Shown here piece by piece: positions 1 through 9,451 of a DNA stretch of 64,000 nucleotides. A model generated the notes under the pieces. It did not search any database. It was given only the letters and a program-made list of their open reading frames with translations, and was not told the origin of the DNA. Both the position numbers and the translations under genes were made by a program. The stretch is from sequence record MK514281.1. One strand, 5' to 3'. The first letter of the stretch is position 1. Each line of letters opens with the position of its first letter.

Positions 1-756
1 ATCCACGCGCTGTTCAAGTTCGACCTTTACACCCATGTCAAAAATAAACTGGTACTCTCGGCCACCCTTGAGGCGGATGATCAGTTCATTAACGACATGT
101 ACTTTGTCATCTACCCGAATAAAATCAGGTTCCGTGGCGGCGAGTATGATAAGTACATCGAAGCAATTGCCTTGATGTATGGACTGGTGAGTAATAAGAA
201 GGTCAAGACCAAAGGCTTCGGCGGGACGTATAACCACGTCAAGTTTGAGCAAAGCATCATGAAAGACAAGCAGCTGTTGAAGACGTACCTTACGCTCATC
301 AACAAGGTGTTCTCCTTCTTCTTTATTAAAGTGAAGGAGCCCGAACAGCGCTGCCTCATTTATTGTGCCACGGTCGAGATGTGTTTGTACGTGACGGATT
401 ATCTGAGCAGTATCCATGATACCCTGATCGTGCGTAAGTATACCCAGGAAGACCCGAAAGAATCGTTGTATGAATCTGACGTGAGTGTTTCGACACTGAA
501 GTCAGCCGGTACCGGTGTGGATATCCCAGGACTCCGCACTTGCATCATGACGATCGCGATTGGGTCACGGCAAGCCAGTGATCAGGCATTGGGACGACTG
601 CGGCGGTTGAAAGACTACCCGGACACCATCCCGACGTTTGTTTACTTCGCCTGCACGGGTATCGAAGCACACATGAAATACCACAGCAAGAAACTCGAAC
701 TCTTCCCAGTGAAGACGTTGAGTCTGCGTGAGGTGAACAGCGGCTTCTCGTTATAA
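1..756 (+). CDS. SF2 (DExH-box) helicase, C-terminal part; 5' end outside the window (phiKZ gp75-like position)
   Basis: Frame is open from base 1 (IHALFKFDLYTHVKNKLVLSATL; SAT = motif III). Motif V STLKSAGTGVDIPGL and motif VI QALGRLRR are present. Confidence 0.85.
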   Translation: MHALFKFDLYTHVKNKLVLSATLEADDQFINDMYFVIYPNKIRFRGGEYDKYIEAIALMYGLVSNKKVKTKGFGGTYNHVKFEQSIMKDKQLLKTYLTLINKVFSFFFIKVKEPEQRCLIYCATVEMCLYVTDYLSSIHDTLIVRKYTQEDPKESLYESDVSVSTLKSAGTGVDIPGLRTCIMTIAIGSRQASDQALGRLRRLKDYPDTIPTFVYFACTGIEAHMKYHSKKLELFPVKTLSLREVNSGFSL

Positions 757-767
757 ACTGACTGTGT

Positions 768-803
768 AAAAGACCAGGGGGCTTACTCCTTGGTCTTTTA
801 TGC
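768..803 (+). terminator. Hairpin terminator followed by TATGC and a T-rich tract
   Basis: aaagacc-agggg-gctta-ctcct-tggtcttt directly after the helicase stop, then tatgctttctttccttttc. Confidence 0.65.
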
Positions 804-840
804 TTTCTTTCCTTTTCTTTTTGTTAAGGATACACAGCTT

Positions 841-1167
841 ATGAATGGTAACCGGCCAGTAATGGTGATTGGCGGCATGGGGTTGAGTCCTGCATTGATT
901 GAGCGCTTACGACAGTTAGACGACCTGGAGATCAAATTGGTGGCCGATGTGGCAATCAGTGATATCCTGGAGTTTGAACCGGGTTATGCTCGCGGCTTGG
1001 TTCAGGCGATTCAGCATCAGCAACAACGTGAGTGGAATCCCTTCCGGGAAAGCTACTGGGATAACTTCATTACCCTGCGACGTAAAGAAGTCAACGGACA
1101 TACCCGCATTCCTCCCAAGAAAGCCACCTGCAGCTCCCGTCGTAAGGGACGGAGGTTCAAGGGATGA
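841..1167 (+). CDS. Hypothetical protein with basic C-terminal tail
   Basis: ATG at 841 behind aagga RBS (ORF-track start 790 lies in the terminator); ATGA coupling to the next gene. Confidence 0.6.
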   Translation: MNGNRPVMVIGGMGLSPALIERLRQLDDLEIKLVADVAISDILEFEPGYARGLVQAIQHQQQREWNPFRESYWDNFITLRRKEVNGHTRIPPKKATCSSRRKGRRFKG

Positions 1168-1487
1168 GCGAGATCGATTATCGTGCATTGAAGTATTGTG
1201 TCACCAAGGTTAGTCGACGTATCCGCGACGGGGATTCCCGTAACGCGTCACGTTGCCTCTTCCAGTATGTTGAGACGCATGCCGCATTACAAGACATGGC
1301 CGCCATTGATCGTCTTTTAGCACAGTGCCGAGAAAATAAGGTACCCCTAAAAGAGATCAACAAAGTCTCGTTACTGCGTGCATGCTCATGTTTACGCCCC
1401 CACCTTACAGAGTATCAGTCGTGTATGGACCTGTGGCGCCAGGACATTAAAGCGGCGGGTATGGAAAACTTATTAATAGGATTGTGA
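1164..1487 (+). CDS. Hypothetical protein
   Basis: 107 aa, 4-bp overlap with the upstream gene, operon-like packing. Confidence 0.6.
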   Translation: MSEIDYRALKYCVTKVSRRIRDGDSRNASRCLFQYVETHAALQDMAAIDRLLAQCRENKVPLKEINKVSLLRACSCLRPHLTEYQSCMDLWRQDIKAAGMENLLIGL

Positions 1488-1488
1488 T

Positions 1489-1851
1489 ATGTCTGATTAT
1501 TGTGCGGATATCTTTAAAGCGATCAGTTGCAAAACCCCCACCAAAGGCAGTGAACTTTACATCGATGATTTCGGTGATCTGTGGATGTTGATTCCCAAGC
1601 TTAACCGCTTCGGTGAGCAGTCAGTGTTTCGTCAGTATGCTGGTAACCTTGCGTTGATGGCTGACCGCGGGCAGATGTATCAGGGTCAGTTATATGTGTG
1701 TGAGTTGATCCCGGGATATCACTTGGTGTTAACCAACCAAGCCGTGATGGTCAACCAATACAGCCTGGTGCAGTATGTGAAGACCCGTGCTGCGAAAGTG
1801 GAAGCGCGCTACCGTAAGAAACCCAAGCCGATGAGCCGAGCTTACGCGTAA
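1489..1851 (+). CDS. Hypothetical protein
   Basis: 120 aa, starts 1 nt after the upstream stop. Confidence 0.6.
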   Translation: MSDYCADIFKAISCKTPTKGSELYIDDFGDLWMLIPKLNRFGEQSVFRQYAGNLALMADRGQMYQGQLYVCELIPGYHLVLTNQAVMVNQYSLVQYVKTRAAKVEARYRKKPKPMSRAYA

Positions 1852-1881
1852 GCAACCTGACTGACAAGAAAGGATAGACCT

Positions 1882-2391
1882 ATGTTCGAATGGTTCTCTG
1901 TGTTATTGATGAAGTGGCAGACCCGAAAGGAAAAGAAACACAACAGGACAGTGCGGGTAGAACCGGTGGTGTTTGAACCGCAACTCAAACCCACCCCGCA
2001 GCCGTTGAGTAACGCGTTAAAAGAAGAAGCGCAGCAGATTCGGGACACCCTGCTGTTTGAGTCGCCGTTGAATAAATCCCGACCGATCCCGACCAAACCC
2101 ACCTTACGGGTAGTAAGACCCAGTACAAGCTCCTCACGCCCACACGGTAAGGCGAACGATGACAGCATGCTAACACATGCCTTATTGATGCAGCAGGTGT
2201 TAGCAGACGATACAGCGCCGTCTGATCGTCATCATCGTACCCATGCCCCTCAGGATAACCACCGCCATGAAGACCGACCCTCGTACCATTCCACGCCCAC
2301 TCATCATAGCAGCCCTGGTAGTAGTCGCGATGATGATAACGGGAGTAATGATTACAGTAGCGGACCTAGTGACAGCGGTTCGTCTGATTAA
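1882..2391 (+). CDS. Hypothetical protein with His/Ser/Asp-rich low-complexity C-terminus
   Basis: aagga RBS; ends HHSSPGSSRDDDNGSNDYSSGPSDSGSSD. Confidence 0.65.
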   Translation: MFEWFSVLLMKWQTRKEKKHNRTVRVEPVVFEPQLKPTPQPLSNALKEEAQQIRDTLLFESPLNKSRPIPTKPTLRVVRPSTSSSRPHGKANDDSMLTHALLMQQVLADDTAPSDRHHRTHAPQDNHRHEDRPSYHSTPTHHSSPGSSRDDDNGSNDYSSGPSDSGSSD

Positions 2392-2430
2392 CACCTTCGA
2401 TTAACCTTACGTAATAAGGAACGCCTCACC

Positions 2431-2670
2431 ATGACAGATCCCCACCCCATTCTCGCCGCAGCCATCGGAGAGCCCCAGGATGACGATTACTGGGACTTTC
2501 CGGGCGAGACTGTTGTTGGTCACGGTGATCTGATGTACACCAATATCCATAAACCCCAAGCATTATGGAACGGTGTTATTCGGTCACTGCAAAAACGTTT
2601 CCTTACCGAACCACCGAACACCCAAAAGGAACAGCATCATGTCGCACAAGAACCGCGCCCCTCAAATTAA
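2431..2670 (+). CDS. Hypothetical protein
   Basis: taagga RBS, 79 aa. Confidence 0.5.
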   Translation: MTDPHPILAAAIGEPQDDDYWDFPGETVVGHGDLMYTNIHKPQALWNGVIRSLQKRFLTEPPNTQKEQHHVAQEPRPSN

Positions 2671-3433
2671 GTTAACCGGCATCAGAGATGGCGAAAATGA
2701 CGTCTATATCCCCGTGGCTGGATTAGGTATTGCTAATGCCGCTGGAATTACGTACGACCCCACCGCAATTAGTAGTGTGCTGGATAAGCTTCGAACTGAC
2801 AGGCGTTATTTCGATAATTTGCAAAGCCATCCGTATTATCAGCAGAACCTGTTTACGAAATACATTGGTCTGATACCTGATGACGCTGATTATCGCGGCA
2901 CACCTGTTCAACGCCATCCGTTCATGCGTGAGATGGCATTGCGGTTTGGCATCGCGCTGGAATCAGTCAGACTCAACTCCCATCGTCAGACCGGTAAATC
3001 GAATTTCATGTACTACCGCATGGTGCAGTTCCACAACCATTATCTGCAGGAAATGACCGATATAAAGGCAAGCAAGCCGATCCCTATTGACCTTACCCGT
3101 TACCTGAAATTAATAACCGGTAAGGATTTCTGGGAGAAGCCTGGCGTGGGTGCATGGGGTAGTGAGTTTACCGAACTCTATTTTCATAGACACCAGGCAG
3201 GTAGTGGTGGTAAGTCAATGTTCTACAACATGCTGCCGAGAATCAAACTGCATCTGGCTGGTATTCACGCAACTCTCGGTGGTCGACCGTGGATCTACCA
3301 CAATGTTGTCAGTCGTGGTCCTGCAGGTTTCTGGCCAGCCACAATAGAGTACGGTATGGCAAGCAACGGCCCGGCTATGACTGCTCAGCTTAACCGTGAG
3401 CGTATGATCAAACCTAAGAAAGGGAGAGCATAA
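2639..3433 (+). CDS. Hypothetical protein with two P-loop-like peptides
   Basis: ATG at 2639 behind aaagga; contains HRQTGKS and GSGGKS. Confidence 0.6.
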   Translation: MSHKNRAPQIKLTGIRDGENDVYIPVAGLGIANAAGITYDPTAISSVLDKLRTDRRYFDNLQSHPYYQQNLFTKYIGLIPDDADYRGTPVQRHPFMREMALRFGIALESVRLNSHRQTGKSNFMYYRMVQFHNHYLQEMTDIKASKPIPIDLTRYLKLITGKDFWEKPGVGAWGSEFTELYFHRHQAGSGGKSMFYNMLPRIKLHLAGIHATLGGRPWIYHNVVSRGPAGFWPATIEYGMASNGPAMTAQLNRERMIKPKKGRA

Positions 3434-4335
3434 TGGCTTTAGATCAAGAGTATTACGAAAAGGCATTAGCGGTGCTCGCTTCCAAAGGTTTCCCTGATAA
3501 GGAAGCAGACGAAATTGCCACAACCCTTTCTGTCTATCTGCCTATGCGATTCATCAAGGCTGGTGAATGGGCGCTGTTGTCACAGGACGTGACACCCGTT
3601 AACTCGTTGGCGCTCAAGCACCTGGAGTTACTCGAAAGAATTCCTGAGTTAAAGAAGCCCATGATTCTTAAGATGCCGACCGATTTCACCTACACAACCT
3701 ACGGTCAGGAGTATTGTCCAGGTGCCGATGCACCCGTATACAAAACTGGCCCTGATGGTTACACACATCACCCGGTAGGCTGGGAAAGTGGAATTACTGG
3801 TGTGACGGGTATTTCTGGCGAGGATGGTGTTGAAATTGGCGGTGTTAAACCTGTACGTCATGATTTCAAATACGCGTTACCACCCGAGCTCGGTTTACCG
3901 AAGGGTGTAACACCGGAACAAGCTAATTATCTGAAGCTTCATGACCTCAGTGATATCGAGGGGATCAAGCGGGCTTATCCAGATATAGATGAAGAGACTG
4001 CTCAAAGTCTGTCGGCTATGCAGCGTAAGATCGACCAACGTTTAGGGCGTGCACATCGTGAAACACGCAACTCTGAAATGCTTGGTCAGCGGGCTCAGCA
4101 GCAGTATCGTGGTAGCTTGTTTGAGAAGTTCTTGATTGACGAACCGATCGGTGAACCTAAAGGCATGACCGTCAAGATCATGACGCACTCCATTCGCAAC
4201 TTCGGCCACGGGTTACAAATCAGCACACCGTTGTTTGGCCAGAGTCATAAATCTCCAACGGGCCCACAAACTATGCCGGGTCTTGAAAAGGGACGTAATG
4301 GCCACGGCAAGCGTAAAAAGAAAGGTAAACGATGA
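3433..4335 (+). CDS. Hypothetical protein with basic C-terminal tail
   Basis: 300 aa, TAATG coupling, ggaga RBS. Confidence 0.7.
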   Translation: MALDQEYYEKALAVLASKGFPDKEADEIATTLSVYLPMRFIKAGEWALLSQDVTPVNSLALKHLELLERIPELKKPMILKMPTDFTYTTYGQEYCPGADAPVYKTGPDGYTHHPVGWESGITGVTGISGEDGVEIGGVKPVRHDFKYALPPELGLPKGVTPEQANYLKLHDLSDIEGIKRAYPDIDEETAQSLSAMQRKIDQRLGRAHRETRNSEMLGQRAQQQYRGSLFEKFLIDEPIGEPKGMTVKIMTHSIRNFGHGLQISTPLFGQSHKSPTGPQTMPGLEKGRNGHGKRKKKGKR

Positions 4336-5114
4336 TTAACGGTAACACTGAGGGGTCATGGGAATCCCTCCTTAAATGGCATTGGTTTGAAGAGCGGTCA
4401 GCCCGACGGGAGCCAATGCATTTCGTGGTTGTCGATTACGATACGGGTAGTGAAGCCAAGGCGTTTCAGCAGCTGACTGAACTGGCAGAGAAATTGGACT
4501 ATGTCTCTGTTGAACGTATTGCGGCGGCTGACTTCACCCCTGCTCGTACCAGAGCGCTGAACGAGCGTGAAGGCGGGTGGCATTATTGTCATCTGATGGG
4601 GGAGTGTCGGTATGGCCGAGGTGGGATCATCATTGGTGAGGGTGGTGGTTGGACAGGCGCGCACGGTGGTGCCGGTGATGTCGGGATGGCTGCAACCCCT
4701 AATGATGGATCGATACTATACCAAACCGATTGCAATGATCCTGTGGTTGGCAGGCGTAAGTTTAAGACGGTGCGGGATGTCATGGAAAAGGCCAGTCCTT
4801 ACGATTGGCCGGTAGAAATCTGTGTAGTGGGTAACCGGCGTGACCCAGAAGTCGTGGCATTATCCCAAGCTGTGTTCAAATCGGTGGGTAGTCGCAATAT
4901 CAAAGTCACTGCCAAAACCCATCAGGAAATGATGTTTAACCAGCGCACACACCAGGTGGTTAATATCACGCCGGCGAAGTATCAAGCGGAGTTTGAAGCG
5001 GCTTACCAGGAAGCTTACATCAACGCTAACACGGTCTCGACCATGCCGGTACGCCTTGGCCCACGTGGACCGTTGCATTCGGTCTTGGCAACCCAACGCA
5101 AGAAACACTTTTAA
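4332..5114 (+). CDS. Hypothetical protein with a Gly-rich internal segment
   Basis: 260 aa, ATGA coupling. Confidence 0.7.
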   Translation: MINGNTEGSWESLLKWHWFEERSARREPMHFVVVDYDTGSEAKAFQQLTELAEKLDYVSVERIAAADFTPARTRALNEREGGWHYCHLMGECRYGRGGIIIGEGGGWTGAHGGAGDVGMAATPNDGSILYQTDCNDPVVGRRKFKTVRDVMEKASPYDWPVEICVVGNRRDPEVVALSQAVFKSVGSRNIKVTAKTHQEMMFNQRTHQVVNITPAKYQAEFEAAYQEAYINANTVSTMPVRLGPRGPLHSVLATQRKKHF

Positions 5115-5141
5115 TCAGTTCCCCTCAACAGGAGAGTAACC

Positions 5142-5447
5142 ATGTGTAACATGCGATCGGATTGGTTTGTAGAAGACGAACCATCCATGCAGGAAAGTGA
5201 TCCGCATTTCGATAACCACGCGATGGATGGTTTGATGGCAAAGATCCGTGACTTTGTTAAAGAGAGCGATGCAGCGACGTATGTGCCTCAGGCACTGTTT
5301 GGCGAAGCGGGTAAAGTCAACTTATCCAAAGTGGCAGCAGTAACCCGTCCGGTCGATCACCTCATTACCCTGAACCCAGTGGCCAATGACGGTGATGTGT
5401 ATCTGGACTTCGCGCGAGGGAAGCGGCGTGGATACAAACCCCACTGA
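5142..5447 (+). CDS. Hypothetical protein
   Basis: aggag RBS, 101 aa. Confidence 0.6.
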   Translation: MCNMRSDWFVEDEPSMQESDPHFDNHAMDGLMAKIRDFVKESDAATYVPQALFGEAGKVNLSKVAAVTRPVDHLITLNPVANDGDVYLDFARGKRRGYKPH

Positions 5448-5658
5448 AGTTAACATCGAGCAGGCCAATCGTTATGAGGGGTCTACCGATGATTTGGTCC
5501 AGCAAGCTAATGATCGTGGTTTTCTCCAGGGGATTCGTATCACTTCTGGCGAGGACATCGATCCAAGCATTTGGACGCCTGAGAAGATCGAAAAGTTGAA
5601 AGCCGCACTTCGACATATTCGTGACTCAGAACAACGCATCAAAGGTAGCCAGGGGTAA
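5428..5658 (+). CDS. Hypothetical protein
   Basis: GTG at 5428 behind gaggg; stop lies inside the terminator hairpin. Confidence 0.5.
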   Translation: MDTNPTEVNIEQANRYEGSTDDLVQQANDRGFLQGIRITSGEDIDPSIWTPEKIEKLKAALRHIRDSEQRIKGSQG

Positions 5659-5676
5659 TACCCTGGCTTTATGCCG
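5647..5676 (+). terminator. Hairpin + TTATGCCG
   Basis: agccaggg-gtaata-ccctggct-ttatgccg. Confidence 0.65.
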
Positions 5677-5696
5677 GTTTAACGAGGACGTGTAAC

Positions 5697-6152
5697 ATGG
5701 AATCGAGCGGTTTGATTACGCTGGCAATGGTCTTTTTAACCTTCGTCATTGGGTTATGTTGTTGGCTGACGCGTTTCATACGCTATCACACCAACCGCTA
5801 CACCGTTGACACCAAGAAGGCGTTAAAGCAATTTGCCTGTAAGCTTGAAAGAGTACTGGATGTCCCGCAGCCGTATTCGCTGGCACAAAGCGAAATGACA
5901 AGGCTGGATAATGAACTGAACGCTTCTCTCTTCCTCTTTGAAGAGATCACAGGGAAGATCCACGATGAAACCAGTCGACTGTACCTGGAGTCAAGTTTCA
6001 TGGTGGTGCGCGGCACTCAACACGATACCCCGATTCGTATCTGTGTGGCGAACACAATCTTCAGCCTGTCAACGACTAACCACAATCACCACAGCGTCAT
6101 GAAGGTCATCAACGACTTTAATAACCGCTTGGCTAAAATTGTAGAAAGTTAA
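5697..6152 (+). CDS. Membrane-anchored hypothetical protein
   Basis: N-terminal hydrophobic stretch LITLAMVFLTFVIGLCCWL; gagga RBS. Confidence 0.6.
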   Translation: MESSGLITLAMVFLTFVIGLCCWLTRFIRYHTNRYTVDTKKALKQFACKLERVLDVPQPYSLAQSEMTRLDNELNASLFLFEEITGKIHDETSRLYLESSFMVVRGTQHDTPIRICVANTIFSLSTTNHNHHSVMKVINDFNNRLAKIVES

Positions 6153-6167
6153 GCACAGAAAAACTCA

Positions 6168-6179
6168 GACCTATATCAC
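6168..6179 (+). promoter_or_regulatory. Candidate early (virion RNAP) promoter, variant GACCTATATCAC
   Basis: Matches the ACCTACATTA copies at 13827, 54048 and 63924; intergenic, upstream of accessory genes. Confidence 0.45.
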
Positions 6180-6227
6180 GCCCGTGATAGACCCCTCAAC
6201 CCCCATTAATCTTAAGTGAGTTCAATC

Positions 6228-6668
6228 ATGAAATACGTTTACACTATTATCGCTGTTCTTGGTTTCTCTTTTGTGTCTGTTGCAGTTGCTGCAGATCAAA
6301 CCAAAGTGGTGAAAGGCTGGTACGCCGAATACAACACGGCTTCGGTCCTGTATTCTGCTGGGCCAAAGAAAGGACAAGAATTGACTATGGAATGTGTATT
6401 AGGTGGTTGGACGTTTGCGTATGCAGACAAGATGGGCGAGGAGATAAACTCGGTCGATGATGACATGACAATCCTGGTCGACGGTGCAGCCTTTGCTGTG
6501 CCGAAGACGCAGGGTCAACGTGAGAAGTTATACGCCGCCATTCAGCACGCTAAGAGTGGTATTCAATACAAGACCCACGCCTATGGTGCGTCGGTAGTAT
6601 TCCCAGTGGATGGCTTGGCCGAGATGTTTCGTGACCTGCCGTTTGAAGTCAGCCCGTGCATGAGCTAA
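6228..6668 (+). CDS. Secreted/periplasmic hypothetical protein
   Basis: Sec-type signal peptide MKYVYTIIAVLGFSFVSVAVA-A. Confidence 0.65.
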   Translation: MKYVYTIIAVLGFSFVSVAVAADQTKVVKGWYAEYNTASVLYSAGPKKGQELTMECVLGGWTFAYADKMGEEINSVDDDMTILVDGAAFAVPKTQGQREKLYAAIQHAKSGIQYKTHAYGASVVFPVDGLAEMFRDLPFEVSPCMS

Positions 6669-6681
6669 AAGGAAAACAATT

Positions 6682-7383
6682 GTGATGACTCCTACCAAAC
6701 AAATTAAACGCAGCTACCGTCTGATCAAAGTGACTGCCGATGTAACACGGGATAACTGGGTCGGGAAAGACATCGACTTCATTGTTCAGCCCAATAAAGA
6801 CATGATCGACGACACCACACGTGGTGGACCTAATCGCCTGCTGGCGACATACATCGTGCTGGGTAACCGTATTCCTGTAACCGTTAACAGCCATGCGACC
6901 ATTACCCGGGAAGAAGGCTTGCAGGATCTGCAGGTCAGTATTGTCGATGGTCAGTCAAACTACATTGACATCAGTAATGTGCGTTACGTCGTGTCGTGTG
7001 AGTTAGAAGAGCACTTCACCTACACTCCACCAAAAGAACCTTCGCTACTTGATCAGCTGGTTGGCGGACCAATGGGTGACCCAGCCCATATGTTCATTAT
7101 CGATGAAAACTATAACGTCTTTGTCGGCACAGCGAACGATTCACAGGAAGATTATACCTTAGCAGGTCGTCTGATCAGTAACCTCGGTTCTCATGATGCT
7201 GAAGCTAATGATTTGGAGATTATCGGCAGTTATCCCGATGACCAAGGTGACCACTACTACGTCTCCATTGACTGGAACAAGTCATTCATTTCCGGGATTT
7301 CCAACAACGAGAAATGCGCATGGTTTAACCAACTCGATGCACTGGTAGCAATGTTGTTGGAAAAGATTAAAGTTACAGTGTAA
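6682..7383 (+). CDS. Hypothetical protein
   Basis: aagga RBS, 233 aa, followed by a terminator. Confidence 0.7.
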   Translation: MMTPTKQIKRSYRLIKVTADVTRDNWVGKDIDFIVQPNKDMIDDTTRGGPNRLLATYIVLGNRIPVTVNSHATITREEGLQDLQVSIVDGQSNYIDISNVRYVVSCELEEHFTYTPPKEPSLLDQLVGGPMGDPAHMFIIDENYNVFVGTANDSQEDYTLAGRLISNLGSHDAEANDLEIIGSYPDDQGDHYYVSIDWNKSFISGISNNEKCAWFNQLDALVAMLLEKIKVTV

Positions 7384-7391
7384 GTAATATC

Positions 7392-7424
7392 AGGCAGGGG
7401 GACTACTCTCTGCCTTTATTTTTT
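7392..7424 (+). terminator. Intrinsic terminator
   Basis: aggcaggggg-actac-tctctgcct followed by ttatttttt. Confidence 0.7.
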
Positions 7425-7495
7425 GTGGTATTCTGCCACAGAAAACTACTGGCCATACTGCCAGTGGTATTCACTCAATAGGCTGCGAGGAATAA

Positions 7496-8056
7496 ATGAT
7501 GTTTGATAAAATTGAAGGATTGGCTGATGTGATCGAGCTGAAGTACGGCTTGCTTGATATCACCTATCACCGCGATAACGACAAAGACCTCTATGTCGAT
7601 GTCTTTTATAAAGACACACGCTTGTCAAGCCGGCGTGATCTAACCGATGCCCTGGACTACGCTTATATCGGTGTGCGGTTGTGTAACCCTCAGTTCGGTG
7701 CCTGGTGTTATGGTGCTGAGCGTGAGTTGGTCATGTCGCATTTAATGGACGCATTGAGAATGGTGGGTAAGCCTGCACCCAGGGCGGTTGAAGACTCACG
7801 GTTAAAGACAGGGATTCATCGTACCATTCAGCTGCTTGCCGAGAACGGTAACCTGCATCCGAAAGAAGATGATATCCGCATCACGATCCATCGTGCGGCG
7901 CGAGTGGACTACGGTTCAACAGATACCATCGAAACAACCATCAGCATGACCAACCACGATATTACTATTAGTAAGCGACGGATTGAGTGTGTTAGTGGTG
8001 AGATGCGGGATTTACAAGCATGGGCGCGTAAGTTATATGCGAGACACTTTGAATAA
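7496..8056 (+). CDS. Hypothetical protein
   Basis: gagga RBS, 186 aa. Confidence 0.65.
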   Translation: MMFDKIEGLADVIELKYGLLDITYHRDNDKDLYVDVFYKDTRLSSRRDLTDALDYAYIGVRLCNPQFGAWCYGAERELVMSHLMDALRMVGKPAPRAVEDSRLKTGIHRTIQLLAENGNLHPKEDDIRITIHRAARVDYGSTDTIETTISMTNHDITISKRRIECVSGEMRDLQAWARKLYARHFE

Positions 8057-8066
8057 CGAGGTAGCT

Positions 8067-8468
8067 ATGGGTAGTGCGTACTGTAAGGTTGTGGCAATCC
8101 ACAGCATCTATGTACACAGTGCAGCGATGGAAGCGGTATCCGCTAAATACAGGAGCTGTTTTCGTTTGGCGTATAACTTCGTGAATGCTACGCAGTTAGC
8201 CCAACAGCTACGGCTTGCCGTGAAGAACAGCGAAATCCTGATTGTCGATACCAGTGACTTTACTCGCCGGGCACTTAACAATCTTAATGAGCAGTTCTAC
8301 TGCATCTATCCGGGTGAGGAACAACATTCCGATATGTCAGTCAAGCATCAGCGTAACTGTCGCATGACGCCTGACTGTATTCATATCGAAATTCAAAACC
8401 TCAGCGACTTTGAGCGCTTAAACTGGGAAGTTCGACCCGATGCAGGGTTAAGGATATCACGCCGTTAG
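8067..8468 (+). CDS. Hypothetical protein
   Basis: ATG at 8067 behind gaggt RBS (ORF-track start 7983 overlaps the upstream gene). Confidence 0.55.
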   Translation: MGSAYCKVVAIHSIYVHSAAMEAVSAKYRSCFRLAYNFVNATQLAQQLRLAVKNSEILIVDTSDFTRRALNNLNEQFYCIYPGEEQHSDMSVKHQRNCRMTPDCIHIEIQNLSDFERLNWEVRPDAGLRISRR

Positions 8469-8470
8469 AA

Positions 8471-8523
8471 CGGCATATAGGCCCTCCATTACGGAGGGCC
8501 TTTTATGACATCTTTTTTTTTTG
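8471..8523. terminator. Bidirectional terminator between convergent units
   Basis: cggcata-t-aggccctcc-attac-ggagggcct-tttatgac then poly-T. Confidence 0.75.
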
Positions 8524-8533
8524 GTTTACAGCG

Positions 8534-8980
8534 TTATACCAGGCGCTGAGTTAGCTGCGAACTATATTGAATAGCGTGATAGGTCGCAGGTTTCTCAAGC
8601 TGCTCGGTGCAGCGGTAGACCGGGGTCTTCATAAAAGGACAACCGGCATTCATTAATGCCTCACGGTTGCTGGGCGACTCATCAACGCGAATCACCACAT
8701 CCGTGGACTGGAAGCCAAAGACTTCCCGCTTCGTTGCAGTATATTCTGCATCCAGCACCACGATCTTACGGTTGATCACCAGCTTCACGGCCACCGGGTA
8801 TTTGATTACCAGGTCTGACCCTAAGCCCGCCAAGACAAACTTAATGACAAACTTCTTAAGTCCATTTAGCAACTGACTCTCACTGGCCCAACTTTTAACA
8901 ATCTGCAGCATGTGTGTATTTCCACTCATATAAGGGGAAGTTAAGAAAAGCAACCTGAGGGCCCGTCCGTGATCCCTCAT
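8534..8980 (-). CDS. Hypothetical protein, last gene of the minus-strand unit
   Basis: ATG 6 nt after the upstream stop; ends at the bidirectional terminator. Confidence 0.5.
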   Translation of the reverse strand: MRDHGRALRLLFLTSPYMSGNTHMLQIVKSWASESQLLNGLKKFVIKFVLAGLGSDLVIKYPVAVKLVINRKIVVLDAEYTATKREVFGFQSTDVVIRVDESPSNREALMNAGCPFMKTPVYRCTEQLEKPATYHAIQYSSQLTQRLV

Positions 8981-8986
8981 AATGTA

Positions 8987-9451
8987 TTACTTCATACCGT
9001 CCAACTGCTTTTGAAGTTCCTTTAACTGACGGCTTGCATCCGGCGTCTCGGCGTCATGATCTCTGATCGCTTCAATAAACGACTTCCGTTTGCAATAAGG
9101 ATACTTCATCCATTTATCAAATGACAAACCAAATTTGCCCAAGATATCCGCACGCAGATATTCGAGCTCATACTTTCGATACCCAACTAACGCCAGCGAG
9201 TCTTCCTGCTCGACCTGTAAGATTAACGAGAGCGGCGAGGTTTCCACGTTATGGTCAATAATCCCAAACGTGTCATCGTAAAGCTCTGTTAATCGAATTA
9301 GTGGATACTCCCAGTTCTCGGTAAGAAACGTGGGGTTTTCTAACGCGACATCCCAGGCATCGGACCGATCACTTTCGGACAGACCGAAATCCCAATGGAT
9401 TAGATGTCGGCTTGATCGAACGTCTGATTCAGTGTATTCGTCATTAGGGTA
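8987..9451 (-). CDS. C-terminal frame probably reached by -1 frameshift from the 539-aa gene (gpT/T4 gp51-like assembly-chaperone tail); alternatively an 86-aa gene from GTG 9247
   Basis: The frame is open with no ATG/GTG/TTG between the slippery T8 run (9451-9458) and 9247. It reads YPNDEYTESDVRSSRHLIHWDFG...KFGLSFDKWMKYPYCKRKSFIEAIR. Confidence 0.6.
   Translation of the reverse strand, partial: YPNDEYTESDVRSSRHLIHWDFGLSESDRSDAWDVALENPTFLTENWEYPLIRLTELYDDTFGIIDHNVETSPLSLILQVEQEDSLALVGYRKYELEYLRADILGKFGLSFDKWMKYPYCKRKSFIEAIRDHDAETPDASRQLKELQKQLDGMK

Noticed and set aside
8534-8980. Degenerate Walker A-like FLTSPYMSGNT
   Set aside because: Lacks the catalytic Lys; not enough to call an NTPase.
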